Positions 29,504 through 43,206 of a stretch of DNA of 64,000 nt are shown in pieces. Source of the DNA: Neocallimastix sp. 'constans'. Its lineage: Eukaryota. The position numbers and the translations under genes were made by a program. The DNA lies in the NCBI GenBank assembly GCA_050613775.1, contig JBODTK010000127.1:1-64000 (forward strand), read 5' to 3'. The first letter of the stretch is position 1; the number at the start of each line of letters is the position of its first letter. The notes beneath the pieces were generated by a model, which was given only the letters and a program-made list of their open reading frames with translations, was not told where the DNA came from and did not search any database.

Positions 29504-32500
29504 ATGAAAATATATTTATTGTTTTTTTTAGCTACTCTAGTTAGTAATGTTACTTGTTCTAAAAGTCAAGGTAATAATATAACAGGTAGATATTTTGAAT
29601 TAGATAAAGATAAAAATAAGCCTTATTATATGTTTACTAATAAAGAATGTACAAAAATGTATTTGTATAAACAACATGCATTTGGCGGAGTCTGGCCTTT
29701 CACATGGAACATTTTAAAGGATTGTTATTATAGAAATCAAAAACTGGAAGGTGAATTTGATGATATATATGATCCTGATAAATGTGCTATTAAAGGATAT
29801 ATCGATATTAATTCTGGAAACTGTTATATTTTAAGTTCAAAGAATGGAATATCTTATAATGGATTAGTTGATTGGAAAAGAGCTATTTATTATGATATAG
29901 ATTATGAAAATAATGTTGCATTAACTGAATGGGGTTGGTGTGAATTTACTTCAAACGATAATGATTCAAGATGGATGAGCAAGCTTGATTCAAAGTTAAA
30001 ACTTAATCAAATTATTATTCCTGGTACTCATGATAATGGAACATATGCTATACAAGAAAATGTAAGTATATTCGATATACTTGGAGTTGTAAATCGAGAA
30101 AACTAGTTTAGAACTCAAAATTTGGATATTGCAGAACAATTACGGAATGGTATAGATATTTGGATATAAGAATAGAAACAAGCCATAAGCAAATATATCT
30201 TAGTCATGAGATGGCAGATGCATACAATAAAAAAACAGGTAAGAATTATCTTTTAAGCGATGCTTTTGATGAAGCTGTTGATTTTGTACGTCACAATACT
30301 AATGAAACAGTAATTATGCATTTAAAGGACGATAATATTAATGGATATTATAAGGATAATCTTGAAGAATTTGCTAAAGCTGTTACTGAGCTTAGTTATT
30401 TTAATGATAAGTATAAAGAAGGAGATAAATCCTTTTTTTATACTGAGTCTTTTAATATATATAATATGGAAGATAAAAATCATAAACCTACTGCACCAAT
30501 TATACCAACTCTTGGTCTAGTAAGAGTAGTTATTCTTATGCGTCAAGATTTCTATTATAAAAATGATGCTAATACTAGTGCAATAAATTCAACAGATTCA
30601 AATTTTTCACGTTTAGGTATTCAAGTTGATATACCTGATATGGGAACATGTAGAGATTATGATGGTCCAAGTGAAATAAATCTGAATAATGCTATATGTT
30701 TTCCTATAATATGTAAAAATAATCTAATTCGTGTTCAAGATAATTATAATATGGATTTAAAAGATAAATGGTCATTAGTAAATGATATGTTAGATCATAA
30801 ATCCAGAGGTAGAACTGCTGGATCCACATGGTTTACTATTTATGATGAAAATAATGTAATAAATAGTAATTTTTATAATACAAGCAATATAGATGTACTT
30901 ACTATAAATTTCATGAATATACAAGCAAATGCAATGAGAAATACAATAAAAGATACTATATCCTATAAAGCAAAATACATGAATAATAATTTATCTGATA
31001 ATATCAAGAAAAATACAAGATTTCGTAATGAATGGTTTATACTGGATTTTCCAACTAATGATCTTATACCCAAAATTTGGAAAAACAATTTTATTGACAG
31101 TAAAGAATATAAAAATGATAATATTAACGTCAATACTTAATACTATTACTCCATAATTTGATTATTATGCAGTTCAATCACCATTTGCCTACAAACGAAA
31201 AAATAATAATAATGATGAAGAATTACAACCATGTCTTCAACGTAAGATAATATATGATAAACAAAATATTACACACGAAGTAGTAAAAACTAATTATAAA
31301 TGTATTGACAATGCAATGAATAAATGGCGTTTAAAGAAAAATGGTAAAAGTTATAATATTATGTCATCATATGATGCTAAATGTTTAAATTATTCTAATG
31401 GCGAGTTATTTATACAAATATGTGATAAAAATAATAAATATCAAGATTTTACTATTGAAGATGGTATTATTTGTTCACAAAATAATAAATCTCAATGCTT
31501 AGATAATAAGTATGATTTTGTTCCTGCATCTTTAAATCCTTCGAAATACGATCACCTGACTTGTTCATATATTTATGCTGAACTTGGATATGACTGTTGT
31601 TCTAATCAAAATGCCAGACTTGAAAAAGTAGATGAAATTGGTAACTGGGCTAAAGAAAATGGAGAATGGTGCGGTATTGGATATGAAAGATGCTCATTTG
31701 AAATTTTGGGATATCATTGTTGTTCATCTGTTAATCCGAAAGTCGTTAAGGAAGACGAATACGGTAAATGGGGTAAGAAGACGGCCAATTATGCGGTATC
31801 GGCGAAATGAACAGAGTAGTCCTTTTGTTAATAACAGTGATGGTAACTTAATTGATTTAGGAGAATGCACCACTTCAAATCATAGTTTATGGCATGTTAC
31901 AAACGTCGATGAATATAACAACAAGAGAATTGCATCCGATAAAAAAGGAAAATGTTTATATGCAGCTAATGCATGTACTTCAGGTTTAGAAGTTTGTGAA
32001 AATGTTATGAATATTAAAGATCGTTATATGCATTTTGAGTTTGTTGAAGATAAATATCTATGCTTTAAGAATAATAGAAAACAGAAATATAATTGCTTAA
32101 GTAGCAAGACACTTAATTTCGAAGAAACTTATGATAAAAATGATCAATCTTTCCAATAGGAAATTCGAGATATAGATGGTGGTGTTATTACTCGTAAAGA
32201 AACCGATACATATAATCCAGACAGAAACAATGATCCTCCAAAAGATTCTCCAGATAATACTTCGACATCTGATTGCCCAGTAGACGATTATCCATGTTGT
32301 TCTCCAGAAATAACTGAAGTTGCATACACGGATGAAACAGGTACTTGGGGAGTTGAAAATGATGAATGGTGCCTTATATCTGGTTCAACATCTACTCCAA
32401 AATCCAGTGAATCAACCACAACCGTTAATACAACTACTACAACTATAAGTTCTATAGTTTCTACTATTAGTAAATCCACTCCTACAATCAAGAGCGGTCA

Positions 32501-33364
32501 TACTGTCTATTGGTTCTATCATGCTTTTACCAACAAATGTTTATATGCCCCACAAAAACCAAATAATCCAATTACAGTTAAACCTTGTGATGATACTGAT
32601 TATTCCAAGTGGATAGAATTACCTTCTCGAAAAGGTTACTTCAACTCCCTGGCTCAACCTAATTATTGTTTGCGTGTTTCTAATGTTGATACAGGCTCAC
32701 TTGAACTAGACAAATGTGATGACTAAGCCAAATTAGAACACACTAATGATGGTTTCTTTGAATTGATTAGTTCCACTGATAAATGCATTGGTTTCTTAGA
32801 TGTGAGTGATATATACAACAATGAAATAAAAATGAACTTGAACGTTTGTGCTAAAAATGATGATGAAAAGTTCTTCAACTGGGATCATGATCCAACTCCA
32901 GTCACTGTTTGTTTCTCTGAAGCTTTAGGTTATCCATGTTGCTCTGATCCAAATGCTGCTGTTGTTACTACAGATGAGTTTGGTCAATGGGGTATTGAAA
33001 ATAACCAATGGTGTGGTATACTCGGTTCTGAAACTATTGTTCCCACACTTATAGTGATTACTCTACCTATTCTCTGTGGGATATTCCATACACTCATAAT
33101 GGTCATTTCCACTTGAAATTCGATAACACCCATTGTATCATGCTTTCTGATGATGAATCGCTAGTTTTGGGTGAATGCGGTGATAATAGTACTATTTTCT
33201 ATCGGGATGGTAATTTCATCAAATCACCAATTTATAAGGACAAGTATGTTGGTTTGGTAGATACTCACACTTTAGGTTTAACTGAATGTAATGAATTTGA
33301 TACTAATCAAATCTTCTACTTCAATCTCTGGATCGATGAACCTCTTGAACCTATCGATAACTAA
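29504..33364 (+). pseudogene. Secreted bacterial-type PI-PLC X-domain protein with ricin-B-like lectin modules and four CBM10/dockerin domains, disrupted
   Basis: Signal peptide. WMSKL...IIIPGTHD, TQNLDIAEQLRNGI.YLDIR and LSH are PI-PLC motifs. Dockerins: [69 protein letters not shown]...L..C...Q.W/F lectin-like repeats. Multiple stops and frameshifts; no introns evident. Confidence 0.8.
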
Positions 33365-35149
33365 ACCAAAATCTAGTCAATAAATAAATTAAACTAATAA
33401 TATAATAAATAATAAAGGAATAAAATAATAAATTAATAAGTAAAATTCATAGTTAATTAATAAAATAGTTAAAAACTAAAAGCTAAGAATAAAATATAAA
33501 TAAAAATAAAAATAATTAGAAATAAAAAAAATATACAATAATATGCTATCTATTATAAAATTTACATTAGTTTAAATAATTACAAAAATAAAAAGAAACA
33601 TTTAAAATAAAACAAAAAAAATAGTAAAATAAAATAGAAATTATTACATATAAACAAAAAAAATAGAAAATAAAAAATTATAGTAAAATAAAAGGTAAAA
33701 TAAAAGTTTAGAATAAAGAAATATGATATTATCTAAGTATTAAATACAAAATATATTATATATTATTATATTTTTTTAAAAGTTTATTCGACTACCTAAT
33801 CGTAATACTCAAAGTGTTTCTCATTTTGAATATAACACGAATATATGTTTGTTTTTCATAATCATAATATAATTATATGATAAAACTTTGAATTCTATCA
33901 ATTCAAGATTATACACAAATAAATAAATACGACTCAATGATAAAATTATGAATAAATGTTTTAACAGTATCTAATAAAATATAGTTTTTTTTTTTAAAAA
34001 AATAAATAAATAAATAAATTAAACTTCATCCTAAGGATAGTTTGACTGATCTATCAAATATAATATAATAATCAATAATTATTTTTATATGGATTATTGC
34101 AATTTAACAAAAATATATTTTAAAGTATTCCCTCTTTTGATTATATCTATATTTAAGTTTTATTAATTATTATTTTATATAAATAAATATATTTTCTACC
34201 TATAAACATATTTAAACTATACTATGGATTAATATAATTTATATTTTTTAATTTTAATGGTCTTTCGTCAAAGGAATTGTTTATCCATTCTTTAAATATA
34301 TTTTATTCAATTTTATTCGTATTATTAATATATTGAGAAGGTATTACAATTTATTTTTATAAAAATTTTTATTTACTCTAATTTTAATAATTATTATGAT
34401 TTAATATTTATTATAATTTAATATTTTATATCTTTAATTTAAAACTTTAATAAGCAAAAAAAGTAAATAAAACTGAAGAAATAATTTCTAAAATAATATT
34501 TGACTAATTTACAATAATAATAACTGTTACTTAAAATTACTTATATTTTGTACTAATTTTTTCATATAAAAATTGTTATAGCATTTAAGCTACTATAAAA
34601 TCTATAAAAAATGTATAATAATAATTAATATAATTTAATCAAAAAAAAAAAAAAATTATGGAAAGTTTAGAATTGAGAATGATCTTTTATTTTTTTTTTT
34701 TCCATATTTTTAATTTAAATGTCAAAAATCACATTCTTTATTTATCAATTAAAATTAATTTTATTATAAAATATAATAAATTGATTATTATAAAATATTA
34801 AAATTAATCTTTTTTTAATATTTTTTTAACTTTAATAATTAAAGATAAAATATTATAAAGATTTGAAAAGTAATCTATAATAATACCAAAATTAAAAGGA
34901 ATAAAATATGTAACTAATATTTATATTAAAAAAAAACAAAAGTAAAAAAAAAAAAAAAATAAAAATAAAATAAAAAAATAATAATAATAATAATAATAAT
35001 AAAAGAAAAGAAAAGAAAAAAAAAAAAAAAAAAAAAAAAAACTATTATATATATTCAATATATTTAATAATTAAAATTAATTACCTTTATATATAAAAGT
35101 TATTTATTTAATAATACCATTATTATTAAGTAAAAAAAAAAGAAAATAA

Positions 35150-36935
35150 AAGAAATATGACAATGTATATGAAAAGCAAGAAAGAATAGGTAATTAATTA
35201 TAATGTAAATTGTGGATAAAAAATAATATTTTTAATATTTTATGTTCCTTACGTGGTTCTTCTAATTAGTAAAACTTTATAAAAATAAAATGTAATTGAA
35301 TTTTTTTTATAAATATAGGAAAAGGATCTTTTGGTGATGTTTATAAAGGGTATACATTTAATAAATTTAAAATAAAAAAACTATAACCTTTATATTAAAT
35401 TAATAATTAATATTTTAATATATAAATAGTATAAATAAAATTACTAAGGAATTAGTTGCAATAAAAATATTAGATTTAGATACTGAAAATGATGAAGACA
35501 TTGCAGATGTTCAAAAAGAAATTAGCATTTTATCGAAATTTGATACAAATTATGTTACAAAATATAGAGGCTCGTATTTAATTGATATAAAGTTATGGAT
35601 TGTAATGGATTACGCAGCACTTGGTTCAATGAGAAATATTGTAAAAATTTTGATTATTAAAAAAAAAATAATATAAATTTATGTATTAGTAAGTTTTTTT
35701 TTTTTTTTGATTAAAGGTATATAATTAATATGTTTTCATTATTTTATTCATTGGTATTTATAATTTATTTAAAATAGTTAAGATCTGGTATTATTGAAGA
35801 GAGATCTTTTTCAGTAATTATAAGAGATGTGGAGATATAAAAGGTAAAAATGAAAATATATAATTTAAAAATGTTAAATTGGTTATTTTATATTCAAGAT
35901 AAAAATTTAAAAGTAGAAAAATTTTTATTATTATTATAAATAAACATTATTTAAATTTTTTGTTTAAAATTTAAAATTATTATTCTATATCAAATAATGT
36001 TCAATTATTATTAATTATTCATGATTAATAATAATTGAAATGAACAGGAAAAGTTAACATTAAAAGAATTACCAATTAAAACTAAAACAAATGAAAGTTC
36101 AGTTTTGACTGGAGAACATTCATTTACCCCAGTTTATTCCATTTCTCCAAAATCTATCGATAATGAATTAGATTATAATACAATAAAATATGATTATTCT
36201 ATTGATAATAATAAAATAATTAAAATAAAAAATAGTGATAATAATAATAGTAACGATAGTAACAAAAATAACCATAATCATTATCATTTTCTGCATTTTC
36301 ATCATCATCGTAATAATGATAAATCCAACAAAAATTTGACTATAAAAATAAATAATAAATATTACAAATCACCCATAATAAAGTCAGCTGTACCTGTCAC
36401 TTGCCCAATTATTGATAGTTCTATTCTTGACTTATATGCCCAAAATAGAATACCTTCTCCGTCATCATTTTCCCATTTTACATTTACCCCATCCACTTCT
36501 ATGGAAACTACACCTACACATTCACCATTACAATCCCCATCTTTATCATCTTCCTCTGTGACTTCATTTGATATATATAATAATTTGTCAACACCAATAA
36601 TTTACACAACTACCAGTAATTTCTCTCCATCTTTACTCTCAGTTACAGCCACTATGAAAACAGGATCGTCACCACTTCAAAGTCGTGTTACTACACTAAA
36701 TAATATTGATGATATTTCTTCAACGTCCTCCGTTTCAAATATTAACTTTTTAAGTCCAACAGTAACAAGATCAGCAACATGTGTTAAAAAACGTTTTAAT
36801 ATAAAAATAAATAAATCTTCAGTATTGAATAAAAATAAATCATTTTCTGATAAAGATAATATTCCATATTATTCATTTAAATCTATTGTTGAATCTAATG
36901 ATCTTAATCCAACATATTCTAAAATCCACCTATAA
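35150..36935 (+). pseudogene. Ste20/GCK-family Ser/Thr kinase, internally deleted
   Basis: Exons encode YEKQERIG/KGSFGDVYKG/VAIKILDLDTENDEDIADVQKEISIL...LWIVMDY. The next exon jumps from IIRD to DIK, missing YLH..IHR. No DFG or APE exon; followed by an S/T-rich ORF. Confidence 0.75.
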
Positions 36936-38102
36936 TTTACGAAAATGAAAAATTAGATATTAATGATAATTTCGAAATTATCAATGATACTGAAATTTGT
37001 AAATATAAAAAATTTAAATTCGAGTTCAACTTCAAGTCTTTTCAGTAATAATAAAAATAATAATATTAACAAAAATAATATTCTTTCAAATAATCTGAAT
37101 AGGAATATCAATAATAATGATATTTTTTTAATATCATTACATTATTCTGTAATTATTATTAATATTATTGATTCCTTTTTTTTATTTCTTTATTTCTTTG
37201 AATTTAGTTTTTCTTTCTATAGTTTCAACTATTTTTTAATCTATAATATTTTCTTCTACTCCTTCTTCTTTTTATTTTCACCTTCATCATTAATTTCATT
37301 ATCACTCTTTAATTATTTTATTAACAGTCTAAAACAAAACTTTAAGTTAACAACTTATGAATAAATATTATATAATGAAATTATTTCTTTACGATCTTCT
37401 AACTACCAATTCATCTAATTCTTGTGGGTATGATATTTCTTTTTTGATTCTCGCTTTTTCATCATTTTTTTTTTTACTCAATATCAACAGTTATTAATAA
37501 TATATCCTTTTAAATTGAATAATTGAATAAACGAATAAAAAATAATTAATTAAAAAACAATTCTTTAATATATATATTTATAAAAAAATATTAAATTGTC
37601 ATACTTGAGGGTCAGTAAAGGTTGGACTATATGAAGTCCATTACTAAATATATATACAAACTATATATTAATTAATCTTTATTTAATAACAATACATAAT
37701 ATTTATTTATTGAAAATAAATAAATTTTATGTACCAGAGACAACAAATAAAAACATTATTTAATAAAAATTAAAATCATAAAGATAAATAAAAAAGAAAA
37801 AGAATCATAAATTTTGAATATTGTTACACAAAATATATTAAAATCATTTAATTTTACTAAAAATATTAAATATTAAAATAATTTAATTATATTATTATAA
37901 AAACAACTATTTTAATATAAATTAAAGTTTATTATTAATTTAAATTTTAGTTATTAATGATACCATTATACTATTAAAATTAATTGAAAAATTCGAAATT
38001 TAATTCGTACTCTTTCCTGAAATATTTTTTTTGTATATGGTAAATGCAATGATCAAATTAAAGCTAAATTAAATATAAAAATTAAAAAAGTATTACAAGA
38101 AG

Positions 38103-38130
38103 TAATAATAATAATAATAATAATAATAAT

Positions 38131-38216
<86 letters not shown>

Positions 38217-38229
38217 GATTATGATTATG

Positions 38230-38277
<48 letters not shown>
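38103..38277. repeat. (AAT)n-(ATT)n inverted microsatellite
   Basis: The AAT run switches to an ATT run at 38160/38161. Confidence 0.9.
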
Positions 38278-38278
<1 letters not shown>

Positions 38279-39107
38279 TTTTTTGATTAATATTTTTTAT
38301 CTTAAATTATGAAATGGAAAAATAAATATAAAAGATTAATTTTTATAAAAAAATTTTATATCAAAAATATTTTTATTTAAAATATAGATTTATTTAGAAA
38401 TAAGTTATTAAATTAATTTTAGATAAGGAATTAATATAAAAGATGGATAATCTAAGTTATTGATATTTACATTATTTTTAAATTATCATTTGCATTTTCT
38501 TTAGCATGTTATATTTTTTTCCTTCATCCCTCCCAAATTATTAAGCATATTAATTCATCTAGTAGTTATATAACGGTCGTAAGAGCTTTATTTCTATTGT
38601 ACATAAATGATGTTAAAAGTAGTATAAAATCTATATTTTTCATGAATATATGATATATAGTTTTTAAATAAAAAACCTATCTCATCTATATATATAAGAT
38701 ATTCATTAATGTAATTTTTATTATTAAAAAATAAAATTTAATGCCTTAATATATGGGAAGTATGAATTATATACAGCTATATAATATCCCAATACTTTTA
38801 CGTTTACAATTTTTTTTATAATTTCTACAAAAGTAAAAAGTATATTTTAGAAAAAAATCAAAATTAAAAATATAATATTATCTAAATTATTATATTTAAT
38901 AGAAAATTAATTATAATATATTGTATGTTATATATATTATATTTTATATTATAATGGCTTTTTTTTTATAGTTATAAAAGAAAAATAAATTTAACATTTA
39001 TTTATATTTTGTTTTATTTTTTTTTTTATTATTTTTTTTTATTATTTTTTTTTAAAATTGGTATTAGAATTATTAAAAAATCAAAATTCATATAAAGGAA
39101 AATAAAA

Positions 39108-39842
39108 ATGTTACGAACAATGTAATTATTTATTAAAATAAATTAAAATGTTTTATTATTTTAATAATTTAAATATAAAATAATGATATTATATATATAT
39201 ATATATATAAAAGAACATAATATAAAATAAAATAATATTACATGTATTAATTTTGGAAGAAGAATAATTTTGAGATTAAAGAATATTAATTTGTTAATCA
39301 TATTTTAATTTAAATATATATTATCAAGAATAATAATATTAAACTAATTTATTATTCATATTTTAATTTAAATATTATATATTATTAGGAATAATAATAT
39401 TAAATTAATTTGTTAATCATATTTTAATTTAAATATTATATACATTAATTTATAAATTTAATAAACCAAAGAATGCAAGATCTAAACGGTAATTATCTTA
39501 TAAGAAAATATATAATATGTTCAATTTTGAAATTTTAATTACTTTTTTAACTAAATTAAAAATTGTTTTTGAAAAATATAAATTTTAAAATTGAAATGTA
39601 GTGCTTTAAAAAATAGAGAGCCGAAAGTTGAAGAAAACCCAAAACAAGCAATTTTTATTAGAGGAAGTTCAACTAACCAAATTGTCAATAACGCATTAAG
39701 TGATTTAGTAATTATTATTTTTTTTTTAATTTTATTAATTACAATTCAAAAATGCGATTATTTACAAATTAAAATTTAAAAATATTTTTTCCAATGATAA
39801 ATTTAGTTAGGAAAATTATTATTTACTAAATTGAATTTAATA

Positions 39843-39881
<39 letters not shown>

Positions 39882-41211
39882 GAATATTTATTAATATTTA
39901 TAATATATATTATAGTGTTCAATAAAGAAGCCATATAGTATTATATTTTCAAAGAAGAACACAATTCATCCATTTGATGATCAATCTTCTTTAGAATTTT
40001 TTTCCCAAAAGAACGATGCTTCTTTATTCGGTACTAATTCGAAAAAGAGACCAAATAATTTAGTTTTTATTCGAATGTTTGATTATCAAGTTTTAGATAT
40101 GATTGAATTGGGTATAGAAAATTTCAAATCATTACATGACTTTAAGGTAATTAATATTAATTATTAATTTAATAATAAGATTTTATTAATGTTAAATTAT
40201 TATAATATTAATAAAATTATATATATAATTTGCAAATTTTGAATTTAATTATATATATAATTATTAATAATATTTAAATATCTATCAAAATTATTAATAT
40301 AATAAATTATTTAATTTATTTAAATTATTTTATATAATTAATTTAATATTTAAATGAATTTTAATTTTATCAAACAAAAAATGAAAAAAATATTTTACTA
40401 TAATATAAAAAATTAATTATTATTGATTAAAATATTTTGTTAAATAAATAAATCTTATTTTCAAAGACGGCAAAATCTTCTATTGAAATGAAACCTTTAT
40501 TTATTTTTAATGGAGAATTATTTGAACAAAGAGAAGAATACAAAAAATTGAAAAATATGTTATTAGATTTCTTTCGTGATGAAGCTGTCGAGTCAGTTAA
40601 TTTAAAGGGTTTAGAATATATTATCAGCGTCACTGCTGAACCAATTGCTAATCCAACTTATTTCGGTAGAGTTTTCTACAGAGTTTACAAAGCAACCAAG
40701 AATTGAATTAGAAGAAATGGGTCCTTCTTTTGATTTTGTCTTTAGAAGAAATAGATTTGCTGGTGAAGATATTATGAAAGAAGCTACTAAGATTCCTAAA
40801 GAATTAAAAGTAAATTATTTATTTTAAATATTTATATATTTTGATTTAATAATATATTTATTAATATTATTAAATATTATTTAATAAATATATTTAATTT
40901 TAATAATACATAGGCTAAAAATGTCAAAAATGTTAGTCATAATGATATTGGTGATAAGATGGGTAGAATACTTATGAAGGTAATAATTTATTATTATTAT
41001 TCATTAATATTAATTATAAATTATAAAATATAAATTCTAATTATTTATGATAGTATTTATTTAAATAAATTTATATAACAAATATTATAATAGAAACAAA
41101 ACTTTGATACTCTCCAAACTAAAAAAATAAAAGCTTTAAAAAAAAGTTTAAAAAAGATAATGATGATAGAATGAAGGTCCATCTGCTAAGAAAGCTAAAA
41201 AAACTACCTGA
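39108..41211 (+). pseudogene. RPF2: Ribosome production factor 2 (Brix domain), apparently disrupted
   Basis: MLRTI/KPKNARSKR/ALKNREPKVEENPK, KKNTIHPFDD.SSLEFFSQKND, SKKRPNNLVFIRMFD, ELEEMGPSFDF, IGDKMGRI. Frameshifting deletion at ~40685, no evident AG before the KPKNAR exon, and lesions in the last exons. Confidence 0.85.
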
Positions 41212-42039
41212 ATTTAAAATAGTATAAATAATACTTATTTAATAATTTATTTCATATAATGAATATTAATATATTAATATTTTTGTGAATTTATATCAAC
41301 TATCTTCATTACATGATAATTTATTTTAAAAGATACAATATAGAATTATATAGAACTTAATAAAAAAATTAATAAATTCAGCAATCTTATTTTTTTATTT
41401 TATTTTATTATTTTTTTTTTTTTTATTTATTATTATTTTTTTATTTTTAATAATATATTTATTTTTGTTTATTTTTTTATTATTTTTTTTATTAATTATT
41501 TTTTATTTCTAATAATTTATTTATTTTTATTTAAAATCAATTAAATTCTTTATTTATATAATTTGTAAAATAAATTTTATTGAATAAAAATTAAAAATAT
41601 AGAATTTTATATAATAAACATTTTTATAATTTAAAACAACTATATTTATTATATAATAATTTATTCTAAATGATACAATATAGAATTATAGAATTATATA
41701 TAACTTTTAATACAAATATAACTTTGTTCTATGATTATATATTTATTATAAATTCTGTAATTTTATTTATTTTTTTTTTTCTTTTAATTTTTTCTTTTAA
41801 TTTTTTATATTTTATTTTTCATTTTTCATCTTTCATTTTTTATTTTTTATTTTTTTATTATTTATTAATGCTTTTTATAATTAATATTTATTTAATAATT
41901 AATACATTTAATCTATATATATCTATTATACATTTAATTTATATATAACTATTATTATAATATTTTTAATATACAATAAATTTATGAAAACTTTTTGTAA
42001 CTTTATAATTTATTTTATTTTTGAAATTTTATTCCTCTT

Positions 42040-43206
42040 TTATAGTAATAAATAAATTGCTATTACCAATATTATAAAACTATTATATATTGATAAATTT
42101 AAATTTTGACTCTCATTTGAAAGTTCAATCAATTTTTTGACATTTTCATCTCTAAAACTCTCTTTATTATTTATTAAATATTTAGTTATATCATTTACTT
42201 TACTATCAGATAATACATATTCTTTTATTTTATTTACATTAAAAGAATAAGTACTTTTAAAATCATAATATAATTCTAATTTAAATTCATCTTTTATTAA
42301 ATTATTTGATAAATTATTGCTAAATATAATCATTTTTGTACAGAAATCAATTTCATTATTACTTTTATCGACATTATAAAATTCTAATTTAACATTGGAC
42401 CAAAAATTTTGGGCTAAGATTGTTGTATTAGTAAAATTCAAACTATTTCCATAGTACGATTTATATTTATTATAACAATAGTTATTGTCCTGATCTTTTA
42501 TGCAATTATGATAATATTGAATCTTCATTAATTTATAAGCAATTTCATAATTATTACCATTTTTTTTACAGATTTTTTTTCCATTATTATTTTCACTATC
42601 TATTTTTTGCTTTAATAGTAATAACGGTTCAATATGTGTATCTGGATCACAAATAATCTTGTAATAATCATCAAGACTATTATAATCTAATGGATAAAAT
42701 ATATTTAACAATAATGTTTGAATGCATTCCAAATTACTATCATTTATTTGTGAATTAGTATATTGACTTTTAAATTTTTCGTATCCTTTTAATTTATTTT
42801 TAATTTTGTCTGGTAAAACACTATAATCATTACCACTTGGTTTAACTATAGATACTTTATTTTGTTTTTGCATTTCAATTTCATTCTGTGTTGGAGATTG
42901 AGCTTGAGTTTGAACCTGATTATTTTGATTTTGTTCATTTAAAGTATCCTGATTAGTAGATCCAGAATTACTAACTGCTTGTGATACAGTTCCTTGAGAT
43001 ATTGATTGTGAATCAATATTATTATAATCTTTATTATTTATTATTGTTTTTGAATTTGTTTGTTGGTTAACTTGATTATTATTCCCGGATTGCAATGATT
43101 TATTGGAATAACCTTTATTCACAATTTCCGAATTATCTTGACCATATGAAAAGGGGTTAAAAAATAATAATATAACACACCATATGATATTAAACTTCAT
43201 TTTCAT
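42040..43206 (-). CDS. Secreted, probably GPI-anchored or C-terminally anchored protein of unknown function
   Basis: 388 aa single-exon ORF with a signal peptide, Q/N/S-rich N-region, Cys-containing core (CIKDQDNNYC) and hydrophobic C-terminus. Confidence 0.75.
   Translation of the reverse strand: MKMKFNIIWCVILLFFNPFSYGQDNSEIVNKGYSNKSLQSGNNNQVNQQTNSKTIINNKDYNNIDSQSISQGTVSQAVSNSGSTNQDTLNEQNQNNQVQTQAQSPTQNEIEMQKQNKVSIVKPSGNDYSVLPDKIKNKLKGYEKFKSQYTNSQINDSNLECIQTLLLNIFYPLDYNSLDDYYKIICDPDTHIEPLLLLKQKIDSENNNGKKICKKNGNNYEIAYKLMKIQYYHNCIKDQDNNYCYNKYKSYYGNSLNFTNTTILAQNFWSNVKLEFYNVDKSNNEIDFCTKMIIFSNNLSNNLIKDEFKLELYYDFKSTYSFNVNKIKEYVLSDSKVNDITKYLINNKESFRDENVKKLIELSNESQNLNLSIYNSFIILVIAIYLLL

Noticed and set aside
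24500..33400. Terminal inverted repeats, capsid or DNA polymerase for the viral-like island
   Set aside because: None recognisable in the window, so the element class cannot be fixed from this sequence alone.
39270..39440. ~55-60 bp imperfect repeats in RPF2 intron 1 (similar local duplications at 6640-6755 and 21818-21878)
   Set aside because: Ordinary AT-rich tandem duplications with no sign of function.
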